Shown here: positions 10,701-20,070 of the stretch, piece after piece
Layout of the letters: the number at the start of each line of letters is the position of its first letter
Position numbering within the stretch: position 1 is the stretch's first letter
Assembly: GCF_963853765.1 (NCBI RefSeq)
Contig: NC_088854.1
Span: 13,020,001 to 13,084,000, forward strand
Length of the DNA: 64,000 nucleotides
From: Magallana gigas
Taxonomy: Eukaryota
Direction: 5' to 3'
Position numbers and translations under genes: made by a program
The notes under the pieces: model-generated
Seen by the model: only the letters and a program-made list of their open reading frames with translations
What the model was told of the DNA's origin: nothing
Database searches by the model: none

Positions 10701-13402
10701 AAGGACCGTAATTTCGCGCTCGACGTGCATAATGCGTCCGTACCCCCGGGGTAGGCAGATAATCGAGTTGTAAACTCTGTGGCCGTGCCCCTTGGTTAGA
10801 TGCTCGTTTACTGTACAGAAATTTGTCATAACTGTATTTTCGCTTATTTTTCATGTTGCTGTTTTAGAAAAAAAAGAGGATAGGAAAATGACAAAGAAAA
10901 CCTCAGTCAGGAAATGGTTTTGCGGGGAGAGAGAGAAATTAGTTTCGTTTTTAATTAGCAGCGTTTTTATAATTAATGTTCAGGGGTTTTAACGAACTCG
11001 GGAATAAACCTCATTTGTTTTGAATAAAAATGTCAACTGCCAAGCTACACACAGGTGTCACTTCGGGTTCACGGTTTGAATGTATCAAATTTCCTCGCGG
11101 ATACCCGGTACGAGTAGCTCATGGCAATTTGTAACTAGTTTTCCGAACCTCCGAATATTCACAACGCTAAGCAATTACTAATTGAAATGGAAAAAGAAAA
11201 CTCTCCCTCTCTCCTAGTTTCAATTTTCTCATTTTGTATTATGAGTCATTTACCCATCTAGGCTGTTTTCCCCGAGCAAATAATAATATTTTTACTCTCG
11301 CTCCTGTGAAGTAAGGCGGATTTAAATCATTCCAACTTCATTTAGTTTAAAAAAGAAATATTACTGAGGTCCTTAAATCAATCCTTTCTAACAAGGTAGA
11401 ACATAGAATTAAAAGACACAATTGGTAAATGTTCTTCTTTTACCAATATTTGGATAAAATATACATTGGTGTATTATGTTCGGGGACCCTAACAAACTAT
11501 TTCTCCCATGCCAATCTGTCTTTTGAGTACTTAACATTTCTTTTCATGTTCTTTATTAAAATTGATCCATATTCATTTTTGAAAATCGAATGTTAACAAT
11601 GTTTAAACATCTGTTAGACATCAGATTGAAAAAAAATTAAAACCGATTTTTATTTTTTCACGCTAAAAAAATAATTTTAAAACGCTGCTAGTTCCCTGCA
11701 TTAGCGTCCCAACAAGAAAGATAAACAAAATTTTAAGCCGTTTAAAAATCTTGGTAAGATCAAGTCCCTGAGTTTATCGATTGTTGATAAAAACATGTCA
11801 ATTTATGACTTTTATCTTTTCAAAATTAGTCATTTACCTGTCATTTAGATAGCTTAATCGATGTGTTAGCGGCAAATTTCACTCTTTAGTAGAATAAAAT
11901 ATCTCTTATCCTCGAACGGGGACAATATTTATAATTTAATCTTTGCCCCTTTCCTGCCTGAATTTTCGGCACAGGAGAGTCAATGGGAATAATCGGATTA
12001 TGCCCACTCTATACGGCATGTTTGTCATAATTACAAACCAATTTTACATTTCCACAATATTTTTACAACTGACTTATGAGATGTTTGTTTTTTATTTAGA
12101 TTTCTACTAAAGGAATTACCGCTAATCTTGGTCAGGATGACAAAATACATCATCAGTTAAGTCCCTTTACTCTACATCACGTACTAGGGACAAGCACATC
12201 TTACAGAGGCGGGTCTAAGCTGGTAAGTTTGGTTTGTGTTTTTCTAAAATTTCATTTATAATTGTCTTTATTATATAAATATCTGAAATCAAAATTATTT
12301 AATTTTTTAAAAATAAATTAACTTATATATTTATAAAAAAGAATAAATGTGTTATTATTGTTTTGTGTTTTCTTTCAGGCAAGAAAAGGAGGCGATAATT
12401 CCAGTGATCGCTCAGGGGAGATAACGCCGAGTGACAGTGGTCGGGGCGGAAGTGAAGACGATCTCAACACCAGTATTCTTCTGTCTCACTGCAGCTCAAT
12501 AGACTTTGGTAGGTTTATACCAATACATGTACATGAATAATTATATGAAACATATATATCTCTCCTATTTGCTACATTAACATTGCTTGGCATGGCATTG
12601 CATCACATTACACTTCAGGGAAAATTAAGTAATCACGACTACCATGTAATTGTGCATCAACTTCCGTCAGATACCCCTTTAAATACACACCTCTTATTAG
12701 TCACATGACAAGATATTACGTCATGCAATGTGGTCGTCTGCACTGCAGCGATCTTTCAACTTGTTTATCATATTTATCATGTTATATAAACTAATCCGAC
12801 GGGGATTTTCGTACATTTCTTTGCTTGAGTAAAGAGAATTTTAGACAGTTAGGTGATAACGTTTCGTTGCTGTCTCTTTCTGTGTCTCTCAAATATACCG
12901 GCGTCTAAGAGATAAGTTAGAACATGAAAATCCAATTACACAGTAAACAAAAATTCCATAACAATATTCTTGACACTATCAGAAGTGAATATAGTTTAAA
13001 CAATGGAAATATTTGACCTCAGTACCCCTTAATTCAAAACACGACTTACTTTACCCTGCATAACATTATCCACTTAATTCATTTTGTTTGGGTTTTTTTC
13101 CAGAGAATAACAAGAATAACACACCAAGAAAGGAACTCTCGTTCAGCTCCTTCAACAAGCCAAGAACTAGTGTGCAGGGAAATTCCTTCAATGCAAAAAA
13201 CAATGTATTACAGACTAAGCTACCCCCACCGCCGCGAAATGTGTTCGGGGGATTTCAAAGACAAGAAAGTTTATATTCAGATGCCGGAAGTTTCTGTGGC
13301 CATGACGACAGCACAACGACTTCTGGTAGCTATGTTTTGGACCAAGAGGATATTTTTGATGGACTAAATTCAAGTTTACACCGTGGACAATGCATTGTAT
13401 GA
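7148..13402 (+). CDS. Protocadherin PCDH-A (delta-like, 7 EC repeats, TM, about 240-aa tail), 1043 aa; join(7148..7774,8090..10042,12100..12222,12379..12508,13104..13402)
   Basis: Signal peptide MAFMKFLGTIIICLPVILG. Six DxNDN-type linkers (DINDNSP, DINDHQP, DTHNNPP, DENDHSP, DINDNKP, DMNDNAP) define 7 ECs, with LDRE/IDRE and AxDxG motifs and an EC1 C-x5-C loop (CKFQTEC). TM is LIAIAISCVTIVIAVVIILTICLI. All introns are GT-AG with consistent phases (0,0,0,1), total 3132 nt. Tail motifs match PCDH-B. Confidence 0.93.
8090..10042 (+). CDS. PCDH-A coding exon 2 (end of EC2 to EC7, TM, juxtamembrane)
   Basis: Acceptor ttgttattccag at 8089. Donor CAG|GTAACG at 10042/10043. 651 codons. Confidence 0.93.
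12100..12222 (+). CDS. PCDH-A cytoplasmic exon ISTKGITANLGQDDKIHHQLSPFTLHHVLGTSTSYRGGSKL
   Basis: Acceptor ttttttatttag, donor CTG|GTAAGT. 123 nt, open, phase 0-0. Not in the ORF track. Confidence 0.8.
12379..12508 (+). CDS. PCDH-A cytoplasmic exon carrying SDSGRGGS
   Basis: Acceptor ttttctttcag, donor TTTG|GTAGGT, phase 0-1. Homologous to PCDH-B exon 29303-29435. Confidence 0.9.
13104..13402 (+). CDS. PCDH-A last coding exon (FSSFNK, LPPPP, DDSTTTSGSYVLD, ends GQCIV*)
   Basis: Acceptor tttttttccag, phase 1 matches the upstream exon. TGA at 13400-13402. AATAAA at 13433 and 13673. Confidence 0.9.
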
Positions 13403-15338
13403 GGGAAAATTTTTATTTCTGTCCTTCAAGTGAATAAAGACGCTTTTATAAAAATTGTCTTTGTGAAAACGAGAACCGAAGTCCCACCTTCCTATAATCC
13501 GTATGTGCCAAACACATTTTAATACATGGTGCTATAAATCTTTAATCGTTGTGTTCAGAGTGTGAATATCATTATCTTCATTGTAATATGTTTTATGAAA
13601 TGATTTTATGCAAATGAAATATAATAAATGGCTATTCTAATAATTGATTTTTTTTTATTCTTCAATTTATAGAATAAATATTTGATATATACCAGAGACA
13701 TAAATAACTTATTCATGTCTCCGATATATACGAAATGTAAAAAATATTATCATGCAAGCCTTTTAATAAAAAAAAGAATTTGTTTTTATTTTATCATTTG
13801 AAAAAGTGAATATCTTTATGATGTGCATTTGTTATTTGCTGAATATACAGTTCTGACAATGATCAGATGAAATGGGAAGGTTTTTGCAATGAATTAATTT
13901 GCAGCAAATTCTATATGTTTCAAACAAAATCATTTTTTTTTTCTCGACATGAAATAAGATAAATACATACATTGAAATATTTGGTATTTCATATATATGA
14001 ATTTTAACTGTAAAAAAAAAAACCTTATTTTTTTGTAGGAAATTCAATTCAAATGTGTCTAGAATATGTATACCGACTATACATTTTAAGATCAAGATAT
14101 ATATTATAATGAAATGAAATATTACTGTTATCGAATATTAAAATACTTGTCAAAAATATTAAATCATAAAATCAATGATCTATAACAGGCCTGAGAATAA
14201 AAATATTTTTTAGTAAGAATCTGGAAAAATAGAAGAGTTCCGTTGGTAAAAAATATGTGAAAGACACACATCTGCAAAATATAAGCCCAAAGTTATCAAA
14301 GGGTTGAGGGACTAAACACAGACGGTCTTAAAAATAACAATGGCGAATATATTTGGTTTCTCGATGGCTCTGATGTTGTAAAAATGATCATAAATCTGCA
14401 ATTGATATACAAAAATCGTGGGATTGTGCCGTTCGCTTTAGCATGTGGGCATAAGGATCTCAAGTTTTGTATAAACTACAGTATGGATTCTCATGAAATC
14501 TCCACTAAAAATTCTGATGATGAATAAGGGGTCTTGGGGTATTCGTCATGGAACCCTGTAATATATCAGTGAAGTGTCGCTATATTACCTCAAATGATAA
14601 AACACGCCGCGGGAAAACTCCGATTTATTGAAATTTTGATTTTTCGGTTGGTGAACTTTTTGAATCCTGTCTTCATAATAAGATCAGGGCGGTAACATTG
14701 TTCATAAAAAGTGAAGTCTCCTATTAAATATTGAATGTAGGCTATAACGTTAAAAAGTTGTAATCTTATTATCCGGGGCTATACTAAAATCAACATTGAT
14801 TGAAATGATTATTCCGGGTTTTTGGAGAAACTGGATGAATAAACCCAGTGATTGCATTATTTCAAAGGACTAAAGAAAACGCAAAGTATAAATATGAACT
14901 CTTCTCTAAGGAAGTTTTATTGATATCTAATTTCAATGAATACTTCCGGAAAGTGAGCACAATAGTTTTCTATTTAGTTCCCTCTGACAAGATTTTTGCC
15001 TTCAATTTTTGATTGGACAATTAAAAATCCCGTCTGTTTCATTTGGAACATATAACGGCGCCTTTGAATTGAAGCTTTGCCCTAAAAGTTAGACTTTCAG
15101 CCCCCAGAAATTGTCGAGAACCGAGGGATACATCAGTCGTTATTTGTAATTCGAACAGGGTCATCTTTTGCAACAAGCATATCTCTATCTCTCAGAAACC
15201 AGTTCCTATTATATTCTGTGCTGTTGACATCAGGCGTCTTTAACTGGTGTTGACCTATATTCCGCACAAATTATACATCTATTGACAAGGTCCTTGATGA
15301 CTGTGTTTTCCGATCCTATCGTCTAATTACTCTCGTTA

Positions 15339-18300
15339 ACACTTACAGAAGTCAGAATTCGGACAGTGAGCGTCTTGTATTAGCCCTATCAGATTACGAT
15401 CCATCCCAAGATAGAGCAGACCTCTACTCTTGCTTTTTGCCAAGTGAAATGTTGATACGTCTCTCCGTATTTTTTAAATGATTAAAATTGGGGTGAAAGT
15501 ACTGATAAGTAAACTTCGATATTACGCATCAAAAGGCTGATACCAGAGGCAGTTGCTTCGTATTTTGTATATTTTGATACTGTTACCCTCTGATGGATGT
15601 AATATTGCACTCGGATCTAAGCAAATTAGCATTTTTATGACAAATTGTCTCATTGAATTATTCAAATCCTCTGTGACGAATTCTAGTATTTTGTTTCAAA
15701 ACACCCCAATGAATACATCAATCAGGTCCCCCTCCGTTCTCTGAGGCATTGAGGGGAATAAATCAGCCAGTGTGGGGTAGTCATTACTCGGGGTACCCGA
15801 TTCAATTCGTTGTCAGTGACAAATTCTGCAGCCTAGTGATAGATGTGTTTTGGCATGCAACGGGTTTGGCTGATTTCAGGGGGAGAGAGTTCCTTCTCCT
15901 TTGTACACTGGGATTGCATTTGTTATTATGTCACCCACACAATTAACCTGTGTTGTGTTTTTTTTTTTAGTTTTTTTTCTGGGGGAGCAGATGTTACAAT
16001 TACAAAGATTTTCTTTCTCATTCGGTTTATCCCCTTATACATTTTCAGAAATACTACGTATTTATTCAACTCGTTAAGCGAATTCTTTGAGTCTACTAAT
16101 AAAAGTGCCAAGTCAAAGTTACAGACGTTTAAGGTTTTAATCTTTCTCACTTTTATCGACGTTTTCGCCACCTTCCTCGATTTCTGACGAAAATAAAAAT
16201 AATACTTGCAGGTGTTGAATAAATAAAGAGAGTGGCATTCTCTGATTGACAATTGGCGTTCAATAGAATTTGTTGTTAAATCTCTTTAAGAGTCAGACAC
16301 CGCCTAGCCAAATTATTGCGCAACGGAAACTACCTTCACACTTTCCGTTACGTCTTCTAAAAACTTTTAACTCTCAATTGCCGTGTGACATCCACAGAAA
16401 CTTCAGCAGTGTTACAAATGGTTGTCTACAATCTCTAATGTTTGTTTTCTTAATTAAACGGACCTAATAAGAGAGACACGCTTTTAATTTTCCTCTCGTG
16501 AACTGTTTAGAGAGAAAATTTTAATGGATTCTTCAAAGCATGACATCGTAACGCAAGCATTTTGACCCTCGGTAAGATCACTAAACATGAAACGAGAATT
16601 AGGTAGCACTTACCCGTTATCTCGAATTGTCAAATCAAGACTTTGGACAACCTTTCGTTGACTGGTTCTCGTGTTATTTGTTGGGCCTGTATTAGCGCTT
16701 TTCAGGACCGTTTTGGCGACTTCTTCAACCAAACAATCAAACGTTGGTTTCATTAGCTTAGGTAAAAATGTATGGGCGAAAACTAAACAAAGATATTAAA
16801 AAAGATTTAACATGAGGCTACATGGTCTTAGCGAACCTTATAAAAACACAAGTTGACTTTTCATTATATCCTTCAAAACTGTTTTCCAAACATATCTTTG
16901 ATAAACAACCGGATATCAACACAACAATTGGACGTACACAGAACCATTAGGTTTCATTTATTCTGTTTTATTTCAAAACACTCTAATCCCCAATACTTTA
17001 ATCTTTCAAAAAACAAGATTTTTGTTTTTGAGATTCACTATACGGTGGAAAAAAATTAATTTTGGATTTAGTAACATACTTATGGCTTTTGTATTTGTTT
17101 CATCTCACGTATGGATCGCATTTACAAAAAAGTACGTAAAAAACTAAATTAAAATATATGCATTTTCTTTACGTATGAAAAGAAAACTGAAATGTCATTT
17201 TTTTTATTTACATAAACTCTTCTTTTAATTTCATAAAGTATTCGAAATGAAAAAAATTCCGCAATGCTATATCAAAAAACATCATGAGAAAGTGTACGTT
17301 TACACTATACCCGTTTAAAATCTTTCAATTGATAAATAACAGGTGTAATTTTTGCAAAAAACAAAACAGAAGACCACTGTTTAAAACCCATTTACTTGTA
17401 GGTCTACCAAATCTATTTTACGTGTTATCAATTGAATCAAAGTATTATCAATATCATCTTTGACATTTCATATTAAAATGATTTTCTCCGTAATACAAAG
17501 TCTTGAGTTTATCGTCTACCAATCTTAGGACTGATGCTTAACTAATTTTCCGCAATTATCTACCGGGGCATTACTGATTGGAATCTAAAGTGGATTCTAT
17601 CGTGACGAGATCCATCCTCTTGGGAAACGAAATGCAAGTCACCAGACTTGGGGTCATCTTTGTTTTGATTTGCTTTTTAATTTTCGAATGCACTCCGTAA
17701 ATTGAATTCATCCAAAAGCTTGATGTATATCTGAAAAAGGTTCTTGTTGATCTTCGAAAACCTAAAACCATTTATCTTGAAAAAAAATTCACCTGAAGAT
17801 TTAATCGAACAAAGTTTCTTTTTTTTTAATAAGAAATTTTTAACAAGTGTGCATGCCCTATCCTGTTCTATTGGACATTTAACATTGAAGTGCAGTAAAC
17901 TACCTTTGCACTGACCAGTAATTGTCAATTACAACACAATAATGGCAGGCGGGTGTCGTCGTTTTTGCTCTAATTTTTGCAAAATAAACTAATTTATCAC
18001 CACTGGATTCTTCTTCTTGAAAAGTTCATGAATACTAATACTAGGGGTGTTCTAAATGGTTCACCTGATAAAATAAGCTTCTTTAAGATCAGACCATCGT
18101 TTGGGTGTAAAGTTTCCGGCAAATGGACAATTTCGGACAGTTGACAAATCTGTCACCTGTCGACGTTTCCATGTTAAATGGCGGACTGATCCTTATATTC
18201 ACGTAGCCTTGGCGACCCTTCGTCCTCTCGCGAGATTTAGTGAGAATCCTTTTGGTTCAGGCCCCGTCTGCTGGCTTCAGTCTGGGCGATAATTCGTTGT

Positions 18301-20070
18301 AGGAGGAAAGGTGAACTCATAAATCTAGTGTTTTAACAAAAGTTGGACACGCAAAATTGATCCAAAATGCCCATTAAAATTTCAGTCAATATAATTATGA
18401 AGGTCAGTGCACAAACGCTAGCTTGTGAGTGAGAAAAAGCAACGGGTTTAATGGATTTAGAGTTCTTCACGGGATTGTCTGTCCCTCAAAGCTAGATCCC
18501 CCTTTTCTTTTTGGTATCGGGGGTAGACACATTAACCCCAAATGGAATCTCACAGATGCAGGTAGTTGACCAAATCACTGTGATACATGCATGAAATTTA
18601 CGAACGTAGTACTCATAATTGTACTTGTACTGTTAACAAAGTTTTATGGATGTGTTAGACTTTTTCCCCAGACTGCTTTGTAAATTTTTAATGGATTATG
18701 GTAAATTTCATTCCAATGCAGGTTGCGTTGACAACAATTTTGACATTCATAAAGTTTTTTGTTGTTAAGACTTGTAAGTGAAGATCTTTCATAGTAATGA
18801 ACAGTTGAGGGGTAAAATTCTCGTTTTTCATTACTAAGTACGTGAGTAGGATCTTGTTGTTTTGTTTGACCAATGTTGGACGGTCACGATTTATTTCCAT
18901 TATTGGTATGAATTGCTGTATTGTTGATTTGAGAGCCATCCCATTCATCCCTCCCAGCCAAACCAAACAAGAAATCTTCTGTTAGGGTAAACTAGATACC
19001 CGGCCACTTTCACAGATGTAATAGCATCGTCATTATTAGGCCTTCAGTGTATTATGTACTCTGTATTTCAGTAAACCTCTGTTCATGGCTAAAACAACAT
19101 CACCCATCCATGTGGGATTAAAGGTATGTTTTTCTCCGTCTGTGTGCCGTTTATGTCTAATTAGCCCCACAAACCCCGGCTCTGTACCTAAATTTAATTC
19201 CTATTTGAGTCGGGATTGGGATTCCATTGACACCTGTTTATTATCTTTTAATTTATTTTCCAGAATACTGGACGGATGAGTTTACAGGATGGTCTACCAT
19301 TCGTGACCTCTACCTGTTTACCTATATGACACATATATACCACGTGTCCTACCGTTGAAATGAAAATTTACTGACCACGTATACGTGTATCTTTTTTACA
19401 AGCATACTAATTTCTCCAGTGGAAAGAAGAGACATTCAACGCAAAACCCATTTTCTCATGATATATGATGCAATTTGGTCATGTCTTGTTTAGGAAGAAA
19501 GTTCCAATATGTAAACTGTAGTCTTAACCATATCCAAAACATAACCCTTGTATACACAGCCCCGGAGTTAATATCGCATTCACCGTACAAAACAGCACAT
19601 ACAACATTTCTACGTTTCGACAATTTCATGCGTGTTTAAACATTTATTGGTAATTTTGAGTCACTGACAGGGAGAGCACATCCCTGGGAGTTTTAATATT
19701 GTTCAGTAAACATGGACATTTAGGTCTATAGATGAAGCGGACATGCACCCTCCTGACAACTTGAATTGTTGTCCCTCTTTGAAGTAAAGAGTCCTCACTA
19801 ATAGGACATCAAAATGCTATTTCATTAAGCGTGGCCCTCAGTATCTGCCCGGACTGGGGGTCTCGTCTGGGACAAGTGAGTTCTCATTCTTCTTCGTCTG
19901 TGGTCAATATTTGTCTCAGCATGATCTACCCCGAGGTCAGCAACGCGTAAACATATTGACTTGACCATATACTCCCAACCGTGGCCATAGACCGTCTTAA
20001 GAACTGGGACAACTAAAGACCCATCGGACTGAAAATATCGATTAGATCCAATTAGACAATTTGCATACAA
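15339..20070 (-). pseudogene. Unidentified decayed coding-like tract (pseudogene, transposon relic or endogenous viral element)
   Basis: Several - strand frames of 108-172 codons with few stops (15339-15812, 16140-16463, 18647-18991, 19410-19925), an exon-like segment at 16614-16782, and higher GC than the flanks. No family recognised. Confidence 0.35.

Noticed and set aside
19527-19600. EGF-like-looking peptide CAVLYGECDINSGLCIQGLCFGYG on the - strand
   Set aside because: A single incomplete Cys pattern bounded by stops, with no neighbouring repeats.
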